Shown in pieces: positions 8,085 to 14,963 of a DNA stretch of 64,000 nucleotides. Numbering within the stretch: the stretch's first letter is position 1; every line of letters starts with the position of its first letter. Under the pieces are notes generated by a model that did not search any database, was not told where the DNA came from, and saw only the letters and a list, made by a program, of their open reading frames with translations. The DNA is from a virus, in IMG/VR virus record IMGVR_UViG_3300030061_003170, one strand, 5' to 3'. Made by a program: the position numbers and the translations under genes.

Positions 8085-8316
8085 TGTTTCCTCCGTCCTC
8101 TGGTTGTTTGGGCATAGTACAGAGACCATTCTGTACCATACTTGCTGCTGCTCGGCCATAGAAACCCTGTAGTTTCCAAGCATGCTCAGTGTCGATTAGC
8201 CACTGCCACGTTGCAATGTACTTGTCCTCCTCTACTTCCACCTCACCCTCAGCAATCTGCACTGCTTCAGTTAGTGTGAGGTTGTAAGGGTTTTTGATTT
8301 TCTTTTTCTTACCCAT
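8071..8316 (-). CDS. small hypothetical phage protein
   Basis: WQWLIDT..AWKLQGFYGRAA motif, recalled from other small phage proteins. Confidence 0.75.
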   Translation of the reverse strand: MGKKKKIKNPYNLTLTEAVQIAEGEVEVEEDKYIATWQWLIDTEHAWKLQGFYGRAAASMVQNGLCTMPKQPEDGGNNGSK

Positions 8317-8346
8317 CGTATCTCCTGTGTTCGGGGGGGTACTAGT

Positions 8347-8374
8347 AATGTATCACGTCTCAAAGATTTGTCAA
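8347..8374 (-). promoter_or_regulatory. early promoter module
   Basis: TTGACA-16-TACATT; flank tttgtcaagtattttaggaaactttt is duplicated at 8661. Confidence 0.75.
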
Positions 8375-8379
8375 GTATT

Positions 8380-8619
8380 TTAGGAAACTTTTCTTAGCCA
8401 ACTGTAATGTATGTCGCGTGTCTCACCATTGAGCAGAATGACCACATCATTATCGCGACAGTTATCAGGTGCTTCCACAACATACCCGACCACAAACATC
8501 GGCATATCAGAGCCAAAAAACAAAGTAGTCTTTACGATTACAAGATCGCCTGTTTGGGGCACTATCCCGTAGTCAAATCTGTAAGGTGTTGCGTTTTCGT
8601 AGTGAGCGAATGAAGCCAT
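8380..8619 (-). CDS. GDLV-family protein with N-terminal extension
   Basis: PQTGDLVIV...VGYVVE...WLRKVS. Confidence 0.8.
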   Translation of the reverse strand: MASFAHYENATPYRFDYGIVPQTGDLVIVKTTLFFGSDMPMFVVGYVVEAPDNCRDNDVVILLNGETRDIHYSWLRKVS

Positions 8620-8640
8620 GTTTTCCTCCTTGGTGTTAGT

Positions 8641-8668
8641 AATGTAACACGCTGCTTATGTTTGTCAA
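8641..8668 (-). promoter_or_regulatory. early promoter module
   Basis: TTGACA-16-TACATT. Confidence 0.75.
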
Positions 8669-8673
8669 GTATT

Positions 8674-8826
8674 TTAGGAAACTTTTATCAAAGACCTCGG
8701 AGAACACAGACACACACCACCATCAACAAACTCTACCACGTAAAATGGATAGTTGTCTTTTGCTAACCTTGTTATGACACCAAATCTCCTATCCTCGGAG
8801 TGCATCACTAAATCACCTATTTTCAT
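8674..8826 (-). CDS. GDLV-family cassette protein (50 aa, not in ORF track)
   Basis: MKIGDLVMHSEDRRFGVITR...VEFVDG...LIKVS. Confidence 0.85.
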   Translation of the reverse strand: MKIGDLVMHSEDRRFGVITRLAKDNYPFYVVEFVDGGVCLCSPRSLIKVS

Positions 8827-8984
8827 AATACATCCAGTTCTCTCTCATCAAAAACTCTCTTTTCCCCATTTATCATAAGGGTTACCAACCTAGGGTACAT
8901 AGGATAATCCCAACCCAACACTGTACCGACATGAACTTTAGATCCAGAGAGACCCTTTACTATAACTAAATCACCTATTTTCAT
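8823..8984 (-). CDS. GDLV-family cassette protein
   Basis: MKIGDLVIVK...VGTVL...LDVL. Confidence 0.85.
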   Translation of the reverse strand: MKIGDLVIVKGLSGSKVHVGTVLGWDYPMYPRLVTLMINGEKRVFDERELDVL

Positions 8985-9175
8985 AATACATCCAAAACAC
9001 GGAATGGAACCCAACCGGCTCTCATTTTTTGAAACCAGTGGACCCTAATGATTGGTGCTTTCTTGCCCCGTACCTCCAGCACCACACCAAGAGATTTTCC
9101 TTTTATCGGTTCCCCGGTGACTGTACAGAAAGTTCTGGATCGTCTATTGTATTTTACCAAATCACCTATTTTCAT
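8981..9175 (-). CDS. GDLV-family cassette protein
   Basis: MKIGDLVKY...LGVVLEV...VHWF...LDVL. Confidence 0.85.
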   Translation of the reverse strand: MKIGDLVKYNRRSRTFCTVTGEPIKGKSLGVVLEVRGKKAPIIRVHWFQKMRAGWVPFRVLDVL

Positions 9176-9336
9176 AATACCTCCAGTAAAGCAGCAACCC
9201 ACCATTCACGCTCACCAGCAAACTGGCCACCTGTCCATTGGACATAGATCATGTCATCATCTTTTCCATTACCAATCTGCACAACTAGACCAATCTCTCG
9301 CTTACAGGGTAGGCACACTATATCTCCTATCTGCAT
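9172..9336 (-). CDS. GDLV-family cassette protein (54 aa, not in ORF track)
   Basis: MQIGDIVCLPCKREIGLVVQIG...VQWTGG...LEVL. Confidence 0.85.
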   Translation of the reverse strand: MQIGDIVCLPCKREIGLVVQIGNGKDDDMIYVQWTGGQFAGEREWWVAALLEVL

Positions 9337-9482
9337 AATAACTCCACTTCATCACCATAGATTAGTTCATATTCGCCATTACCAAGAAATATGGTGGCCA
9401 TATCAGAGATCAGACCAAACACTTCTGTGACAACACCGATGCGGCCATCGTATGTGTATCGTACTAAATCGCCTACTTTCAT
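9327..9482 (-). CDS. GDLV-family cassette protein (51 aa, not in ORF track)
   Basis: MKVGDLVRYTYDGRIGVVTEV...VELLCR. Confidence 0.85.
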   Translation of the reverse strand: MKVGDLVRYTYDGRIGVVTEVFGLISDMATIFLGNGEYELIYGDEVELLCR

Positions 9483-9649
9483 GCCAACACCTTACACTGG
9501 ATGGGGGTCAATATAATCTCTGCACCGTTTGCAAGTATTACTGTGTGTTGTGCTACAAACCCCGGTCTCTTTTCAATCTTCACGATAGTACCGAACTTCC
9601 CATTGCAACGTCCGTGGAATAGAACCCTTATCAAATCGCCTATTTGCAT
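9479..9649 (-). CDS. GDLV-family cassette protein (56 aa, not in ORF track)
   Basis: MQIGDLIRVLFHGRCNGKFGTIVKIE, the most classical KOW-like member. Confidence 0.85.
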   Translation of the reverse strand: MQIGDLIRVLFHGRCNGKFGTIVKIEKRPGFVAQHTVILANGAEIILTPIQCKVLA

Positions 9650-9679
9650 TGTGTCTCCGTTCTTATTGGTTACATAGGT

Positions 9680-9707
9680 AATGTATCACGGTGGAAGTAT
9701 TTGTCAA
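9680..9707 (-). promoter_or_regulatory. early promoter module
   Basis: TTGACA-16-TACATT. Confidence 0.75.
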
Positions 9708-9725
9708 GGAAAAAGACAAACTTTT

Positions 9726-9911
9726 TTATATTTTTCTCAAATCCTCAGCATCATAAAAGTATTGAAACCCAAACCATCGGGGCCAATACACTTTGACTGA
9801 CTTCGTTGTTCTACTGATTTCCACGACGATACCCAAGGAACGCTCGCCTTTCGGTTCATCAATGTAAATGTGTGGGTCGCAATGCGTAACTAGATCGCCA
9901 ACTTCGAACAT
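9726..9911 (-). CDS. GDLV-family cassette protein
   Basis: MFEVGDLVT...LGIVVEI...VYW...LRKI. Confidence 0.85.
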   Translation of the reverse strand: MFEVGDLVTHCDPHIYIDEPKGERSLGIVVEISRTTKSVKVYWPRWFGFQYFYDAEDLRKI

Positions 9912-10072
9912 TATAGTTTCTCCAAACTGCGATAATCAACATAGAACTTTCGAGAATGGTCAGCAGACTTGACATAATAACTGTCCTCGTAAATGTCGCA
10001 CTGGCCAGTAATGATACCAATGAGCCAGCCATAATGCTTTGATTGCCATCTAACTAAATCACCTACTTGCAT
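9911..10072 (-). CDS. GDLV-family cassette protein
   Basis: MQVGDLVRW...IGIITG...LEKL. Confidence 0.85.
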   Translation of the reverse strand: MQVGDLVRWQSKHYGWLIGIITGQCDIYEDSYYVKSADHSRKFYVDYRSLEKL

Positions 10073-10242
10073 ACTAACTCCAGATCGTAATAAGGGAACC
10101 AGTCCCATTGTTTCTCAGTGTTTGCGAAAAAAACAAGAAAGGAGTTAGGCAACTGCTTTTTGTTGCGACACTTAGTAATGATCCCAACTTGGTTTGTTCT
10201 CGTGAATAAGTTTGTGACTTTCACTAAGTCTCCTACTTGCAT
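10063..10242 (-). CDS. GDLV-family cassette protein (59 aa, not in ORF track)
   Basis: MQVGDLVKVTNLFTRTNQVGIITK...LELVCK. Confidence 0.85.
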   Translation of the reverse strand: MQVGDLVKVTNLFTRTNQVGIITKCRNKKQLPNSFLVFFANTEKQWDWFPYYDLELVCK

Positions 10243-10272
10243 CTTGTTCTCCTTTCTTCGTCTTGTGTAAGT

Positions 10273-10300
10273 AATGTATCACGAACAAAAGATTTGTCAA
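10273..10300 (-). promoter_or_regulatory. early promoter module
   Basis: TTGACA-16-TACATT. Confidence 0.75.
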
Positions 10301-10319
10301 GGAAAAAAGATAAAGTTTT

Positions 10320-10487
10320 TTAGAGTGTCTCACACCAATCCTCAGGGACAGTGTAAATCTTCCCATCCTGTGGGCAGTAGACTTGCAAGAAGAATGGGCT
10401 AACGTGCATAACCAAAGCGATGAAAGAGAAGTCTGGTGCTTCATCCGGGGTGTCAACATGCACTTTGATAAGGTCACCTGCTGTCAT
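10320..10487 (-). CDS. GDLV-family cassette protein (55 aa, not in ORF track)
   Basis: MTAGDLIKVHVD...IALVMHV...WCETL. Confidence 0.8.
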   Translation of the reverse strand: MTAGDLIKVHVDTPDEAPDFSFIALVMHVSPFFLQVYCPQDGKIYTVPEDWCETL

Positions 10488-10665
10488 TGATCACTTCTAA
10501 GTCAACAGATGGCCATCGGTTCCTTGTACCATCACCCTTTGCAACCTCAACAATGTAAACTTTATCGTAGATACCGGGACATAGTCTACTTTCAGTCCGC
10601 TGAAGTGACATAATATGTCCAAACCAGTGCTGTCGTTTGTGTCTTACTAGGTCACCGACTTTCAT
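10474..10665 (-). CDS. GDLV-family cassette protein
   Basis: MKVGDLVRHK...FGHIM...LEVINDSR. Confidence 0.85.
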   Translation of the reverse strand: MKVGDLVRHKRQHWFGHIMSLQRTESRLCPGIYDKVYIVEVAKGDGTRNRWPSVDLEVINDSR

Positions 10666-11584
10666 TGCTCTGCTCCGGATCTTCGTAACGTGCAGCCCAT
10701 CCATCAATCAGATCAGACAGACCGTTCTTTTTTATCCACTCAAGGTTTCTTTTCTTAGACAGCCAATCAAAGGCATCTTGTCTCGCCTGTTGTACCCACC
10801 CCTCATCTAGGGGAGTAGGAGACGGAGAGATGACCTGTGAAATGTATGGCTTTCGAGATGGAGTGTACCTTACATCTGCATCTACTTTAGGTAATACACC
10901 CTTATGTAGTTCAATCTGGACCTTGCCACGGAAGCCGTCTGGTGTGATGAATGATACTTCAATCGGTGTCCTAAGTTCCCAAGACAGTGCTCTATTGTTG
11001 GCCAAAGCCCAGTCCGATGTTACACTGACCTTTTCCCAGTTTACGTCAGTTACCGTGCAAATACCATAAGAGTCTTGCACATATTCTCCGCTTGAATAAT
11101 GATACTTATGTACTTTAGGTTCGATCAAAGCCCCAACATCAATACCATGCTCAGAAACAAGCAGGTCATAGACATACTTTCGGATGGCTTGGTTCGCTCT
11201 GTTTGCTTTCTCACGAAACACTAACAACTCTGCACAGGTTCTACGAGTGTGTCCGGTTTCTCCGCAAAACCCACACTTGCGTTCAGCCTTGGCCCTACGG
11301 GGAGTACTCTCTCTTTCTTGTGCTCTCTTTTGTTTGTGACTAGCAATCATAGTTGCCTGATACCACTCACCCCAAAACCTTGGGTACTTGAACGGGTGCA
11401 TCCTGTGATAGGGCGATTGGGCAGTATGAACCCAGCAATCAGGATCTTTGAGAGGAACTTCCATTCTCTGCCAAGATGCCCAGTCCGGAGCAACGTGTGG
11501 GCACTTTGTGACATTATGCCCCGGCTGTCTACAATAACTGCAAGAGTTAGGTGAGCGTTTATCCTTTTGATCGTAAATCTGCAT
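10652..11584 (-). CDS. double CCHC zinc-knuckle protein
   Basis: CSYCRQPGHNVTKC and CGFCGETGHTRRTC. Confidence 0.8.
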   Translation of the reverse strand: MQIYDQKDKRSPNSCSYCRQPGHNVTKCPHVAPDWASWQRMEVPLKDPDCWVHTAQSPYHRMHPFKYPRFWGEWYQATMIASHKQKRAQERESTPRRAKAERKCGFCGETGHTRRTCAELLVFREKANRANQAIRKYVYDLLVSEHGIDVGALIEPKVHKYHYSSGEYVQDSYGICTVTDVNWEKVSVTSDWALANNRALSWELRTPIEVSFITPDGFRGKVQIELHKGVLPKVDADVRYTPSRKPYISQVISPSPTPLDEGWVQQARQDAFDWLSKKRNLEWIKKNGLSDLIDGWAARYEDPEQSNESR

Positions 11585-11623
11585 TATGCCCTCCAAGGCT
11601 ATGCGGTTGTTGGTTACATAGAT

Positions 11624-11651
11624 AATGTATCACGGTAGTAGGATTTGTCAA
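11624..11651 (-). promoter_or_regulatory. early promoter module
   Basis: TTGACA-16-TACATT; spacer identical to the 4476-4503 copy. Confidence 0.75.
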
Positions 11652-11664
11652 GTAAAAAGGGAAA

Positions 11665-11964
11665 CTATTTTTTCTTTTCTTTGAACATAATGTCTAGTAG
11701 TCCGTATGGAACGTTGTAGTAGATACATCGCCAGCCCATAAATCTAACTGGTAGATCAGCACCCTCTTTGTATGATGATGGTACAATCTTCCTATAGCCG
11801 GCTGGACCCTCTGGTAATGTGTCCGATCCCTCCGCATAAACACACAGTGCCCCATCTTTTTGCTTTATCTCAAACGCGCCATCGGTCTGGTCGAGTATGT
11901 GTTTTGTCATTGCACGATGCGCTTCTTCCCAAGGTTCTTTTTTACTGAATGCTAGATTGGCCAT
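11665..11964 (-). CDS. hypothetical protein
   Basis: GGAGG SD, 99 aa. Confidence 0.75.
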   Translation of the reverse strand: MANLAFSKKEPWEEAHRAMTKHILDQTDGAFEIKQKDGALCVYAEGSDTLPEGPAGYRKIVPSSYKEGADLPVRFMGWRCIYYNVPYGLLDIMFKEKKK

Positions 11965-11977
11965 TGGCCCTCCTGTG

Positions 11978-12163
11978 TTAGTCCCTGTATCCAGGGGAGT
12001 AAGGTATTAGTTCATAAGCATATTCCAAGACATGCTCGTCTACTTTAGCGTAAAACACGAGATAGATAAGGCCATCAAAGTCATTATCATCAACCATAAC
12101 TTCGGTAACTAAACCAATGCCTAGGTCAGGATCAATAACAAGGTCTCCTATCTCAAACTCCAC
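11978..12163 (-). CDS. GDLV-family cassette protein
   Basis: MEFEIGDLVIDPDLGIGLVTEV. Confidence 0.85.
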   Translation of the reverse strand: MEFEIGDLVIDPDLGIGLVTEVMVDDNDFDGLIYLVFYAKVDEHVLEYAYELIPYSPGYRD

Positions 12164-12164
12164 A

Positions 12165-12392
12165 TCAGCCCTCCGCGATTAGAACTCCGCTCTCGCGTGC
12201 GCCCTCTATCAAAAGCAGGATTGCGTGCCAAGCACTCTCTTGTTGGTCCTTTGGTAGTGTCTCAATCATCTGCATACTAGTAACTAGTAAGTGGGTGAGA
12301 GTAAATCTTTCGCCCATCTCTTTCATTTCTTTCTCAATACCTGTAAGTCTTGTCTCGTTCAACACTTTGTACTCCTTTTTTATTTGTGTCAA
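12165..12392 (-). CDS. hypothetical protein (start uncertain)
   Basis: ORF directly after the promoter-like element at 12397-12424. Confidence 0.65.
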   Translation of the reverse strand: MTQIKKEYKVLNETRLTGIEKEMKEMGERFTLTHLLVTSMQMIETLPKDQQESAWHAILLLIEGARESGVLIAEG

Positions 12393-12420
12393 TAATATTG
12401 TAACACGTTTGAAAAACTTG

Positions 12421-12591
12421 TCAAGCGATAACTGTTGTTTTCCAATACCTCAAATCAAAATCAGCGACCTTACCACCATCATACATAAACTTACAGAAAA
12501 GATCAGAGTGATAGGTTGAACCTAAGTAAACGCCAATCATCCGTAGTTGTTCGCATCTGGAAACTATCTGTACTAAATCACCTACCTGCAT
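12421..12591 (-). CDS. GDLV-family cassette protein
   Basis: MQVGDLVQIV...IGVYL. Confidence 0.85.
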   Translation of the reverse strand: MQVGDLVQIVSRCEQLRMIGVYLGSTYHSDLFCKFMYDGGKVADFDLRYWKTTVIA

Positions 12592-12752
12592 ATTACCTCG
12601 CAATACTGTTTGGACCACCAACGAGTATCATTCTCGTTTGGTATCCAAACCTCAATGTGGTGAGATACTGATGGACCATCGGGCGAAACATAAATAACTA
12701 TTCCTATCGTACCGTTCGATTTGTGAAACACTAAAGAGCCAACACTAACCAT
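12582..12752 (-). CDS. GDLV-family cassette protein (56 aa, not in ORF track)
   Basis: MVSVGSLVFHKSNGTIGIVIYV...EVW...CEVICR. Confidence 0.85.
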   Translation of the reverse strand: MVSVGSLVFHKSNGTIGIVIYVSPDGPSVSHHIEVWIPNENDTRWWSKQYCEVICR

Positions 12753-12949
12753 CACAAACGCTCCAGTTCTTCTTGTAGTGCTTCTAAAAGTTGTCCGTCT
12801 GAGGCTGTAACTTCATAAAACATAGCACCGTCCTCTAAATAGATTGCGCCTGTTACATGGCCAATACCCTCTCGCCAAGACCAGAAAGAACCAGAGCCAT
12901 CATAACCCATTAGTATCCTGTACTTCACCAGATCGCCTACACTAAACAC
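12752..12949 (-). CDS. GDLV-family cassette protein
   Basis: MFSVGDLVKY...IGHVT...LERL. Confidence 0.85.
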   Translation of the reverse strand: MFSVGDLVKYRILMGYDGSGSFWSWREGIGHVTGAIYLEDGAMFYEVTASDGQLLEALQEELERL

Positions 12950-12958
12950 TTTTGCTCC

Positions 12959-13135
12959 CTATAGCACCTCAAGCACAACGTCTATGAATACTCTACAAAA
13001 CCCTTTCTTGAACCAAAAGACATCTGCTGTCCTGAATGGGTCAGAATATGTAACTACCATGCCGACACCCCAATCCTGTACAAACTCTGGCTCGTAAGTT
13101 TCACTACATAGGATTACAAGGTCGCCTACATTCAA
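12959..13135 (-). CDS. GDLV-family cassette protein (58 aa, TTG start, not in ORF track)
   Basis: MNVGDLVILC...VGMVV...VFWF...LEVL; promoter at 13154-13181. Confidence 0.8.
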   Translation of the reverse strand: MNVGDLVILCSETYEPEFVQDWGVGMVVTYSDPFRTADVFWFKKGFCRVFIDVVLEVL

Positions 13136-13443
13136 TGGCTGCTCCTTGTTGATAATGTAACACGTTCATCATCATTGTCAAGGTGTTTTCTAGTCTTTTT
13201 TTTATTATTCATATAAACATCGTATGGCACGAGTACAAACATAGCATCCCAGCCAGTAACTATATCCTTGCCGTGAGGCATCATAACAATGTAAAGCGGG
13301 TATCCACCGGGATCATAATCATCCTTTACCGCTTCTACTACAATACCAACCTCATCGTGCGTACCATCAATAACATCCATCCAAACAACTAAATCACCCG
13401 GGCTGTATGTGTATCCACGGTGGTCGACTCGAGGTTTTCTCAT
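13132..13443 (-). CDS. GDLV-family protein with extensions
   Basis: YSPGDLVVW...VGIVVE. Confidence 0.75.
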   Translation of the reverse strand: MRKPRVDHRGYTYSPGDLVVWMDVIDGTHDEVGIVVEAVKDDYDPGGYPLYIVMMPHGKDIVTGWDAMFVLVPYDVYMNNKKKTRKHLDNDDERVTLSTRSSH

Positions 13444-13983
13444 ACTTTATCTAGTTTTTTGTACAAATTTTCTTGACAAATTAAAAAAATGACCTTATTG
13501 ATAATCATTCTCAAAAAGGATTTTCACTCATCCGAGTCGGTTCCTGAGAGATCAAAGATGGGTTTCACTTCATCCTCGTGATCGTCACAATGTTCAAAAT
13601 CTTGTGGGTTGGTCGAGGAATTTGGTATCCAACGAAAAGGGTTGATAGAATAACCCTCGGCCACACCTAGGTCTGAGTATTCTACCTTTACATTATAGCG
13701 TGTCGTGTCATCTAGCACGGTCATGACCTCATCATCATACACAAGTATGCACGAGTCTATGGTCATAGACCACGCATAATAATACGAGAAGATCGAGTCT
13801 ATCATTACACTTGAGTAATCCGTTATGACTACGCACGTATGTACAGTTTCACCCTTGCGTGCGAGTATAAGCGCACCCTCGGGGATGCTTCTGACTAGGC
13901 GCGATCTCAACTGTTGGTCACCTCCCACAAGCGTATGTCGGGCAGGCAGGGGGGTAGTAGGGTAGTAGTAGGGTAGTAGGAGT

Positions 13984-14214
13984 TCATGGCTTATCCTCTA
14001 GGATCTTGAAGGATCCCAGTTCCATTAGTCTACGTACAGTCTCTTCTCCGATAATTGTGACATCTCCAGTGGAAAAAAAATAAATTTCATAATTCGTCCT
14101 CCAGTTGAAAAGCGGTGCTTCTGACCATGTTCCAGATTTTATCTCCTTTACAATGATACCTACCTTTCCATTATCACTTATCAGCATCCCCTCTTTTAAC
14201 ACTATCTCTTGCAT
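13984..14214 (-). CDS. GDLV-like SH3 protein (dispersed copy)
   Basis: LKEGMLISDNGKVGIIVKE...YEIYF. Confidence 0.7.
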   Translation of the reverse strand: MQEIVLKEGMLISDNGKVGIIVKEIKSGTWSEAPLFNWRTNYEIYFFSTGDVTIIGEETVRRLMELGSFKILEDKP

Positions 14215-14902
14215 ACTTCAATAAGTCCTCCAAAACTTCTATGTCAAGCGTATTGATGTCAGATAACAAAGCAATGTTTGGTATCAGATCAACTCCGAAA
14301 ACATCTTGCTTCATCATAACACTTGATACAACGCCAACTATTCCATCGTCTGAGAAGACAACTGAACCGCTGGATCCTGGCCATGCGAAGATGTTTGTCA
14401 AAATGTAATTACCTCTTTTCTCTACCGCAAGACCTTGCGATGGATAGAAAGCCGTACCGGCTGGTGCTCCCACATAGCAGATTGGTTCTGCATACTCTAG
14501 TTTTTTGTCTACGTGGTAATGTATTGGCTTGGTGTACTTCAACTGTTTTTCGGTAACCAGAACCGCCAAATCGTTTACTGGGTCTGTGTAGATAACTCTG
14601 GCAAACTCAATGTTTGGACCCCTCTCTTGGATCGCAATGTATTCTCCTTTGTCAACAACGTGTGCAGCCGTAATGATAAACAAGTGTCCTTTGTGTCTAA
14701 AATAATTCCCTGATCCGTTGCTTATTGGATTAGTTTCTTTGTCTAGGATTGTAATGATAACCGATGATTTTACTGCCTTGAACATCCCTGTCGGTGCAAA
14801 ATCGTAAACGTCCGGTACATAAGTTTCATCATAGTTGCTCCACCAACCAAATGATGTTCCTAGCGTTAGAATCATAAAATAGAATAGAATTTTTCTCACC
14901 AC
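14174..14902 (-). CDS. trypsin-like serine protease with N-terminal membrane anchor
   Basis: GSG, TAAHV, DLAVL, PGSSGS catalytic triad motifs. Confidence 0.9.
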   Translation of the reverse strand: MVRKILFYFMILTLGTSFGWWSNYDETYVPDVYDFAPTGMFKAVKSSVIITILDKETNPISNGSGNYFRHKGHLFIITAAHVVDKGEYIAIQERGPNIEFARVIYTDPVNDLAVLVTEKQLKYTKPIHYHVDKKLEYAEPICYVGAPAGTAFYPSQGLAVEKRGNYILTNIFAWPGSSGSVVFSDDGIVGVVSSVMMKQDVFGVDLIPNIALLSDINTLDIEVLEDLLKYARDSVKRGDADK

Positions 14903-14946
14903 ATCAGTGCCCCCCGTATTTTAAATAGGGGCAGAAAAATAAAAAA

Positions 14947-14963
14947 GTCCGTAGCGCTCGGGC
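14947..14963 (-). terminator. probable terminator
   Basis: short GC stem followed by a long U tract on the minus strand, after the 14964 stop. Confidence 0.5.

Larger units (their letters stand above)
3913..13443 (-). repeat. array of ~31 paralogous KOW/SH3-like mini-genes delimited by a ~30-bp junction repeat
   Basis: plus-strand copies of actaaatcNcctaYttKcataNtaNNtcca at 4258, 4681, 5060, 5236, 5878, 6632, 8807, 8965 and 10053, with more divergent copies at ~4091, 4887, 9156, 9317, 9463 and 12572; the 8807 and 8965 copies are identical over 30 bp. Confidence 0.9.

Noticed and set aside
4258-10082. CRISPR array interpretation of the 30-bp repeats
   Set aside because: Spacers are about 120-190 bp and are open reading frames; the repeats are degenerate and non-palindromic; there are no cas genes in the window.
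10172-10477. Minus-strand 101-aa ORF, and similar ones at 538-720, 5422-5613 and 43974-44279
   Set aside because: These are alternative frames running across promoter modules; better cassette-family or SD-supported ORFs occupy the same DNA.
3913-13443. Classical integron or diversity-generating retroelement
   Set aside because: No attC-type inverted repeats, no tyrosine integrase or reverse transcriptase in the window, and no template/variable repeat pair differing only at adenines.
13524-13928. 134-aa ORF as a confident gene
   Set aside because: No SD or recognisable motif; left as part of an anomalous region rather than annotated.
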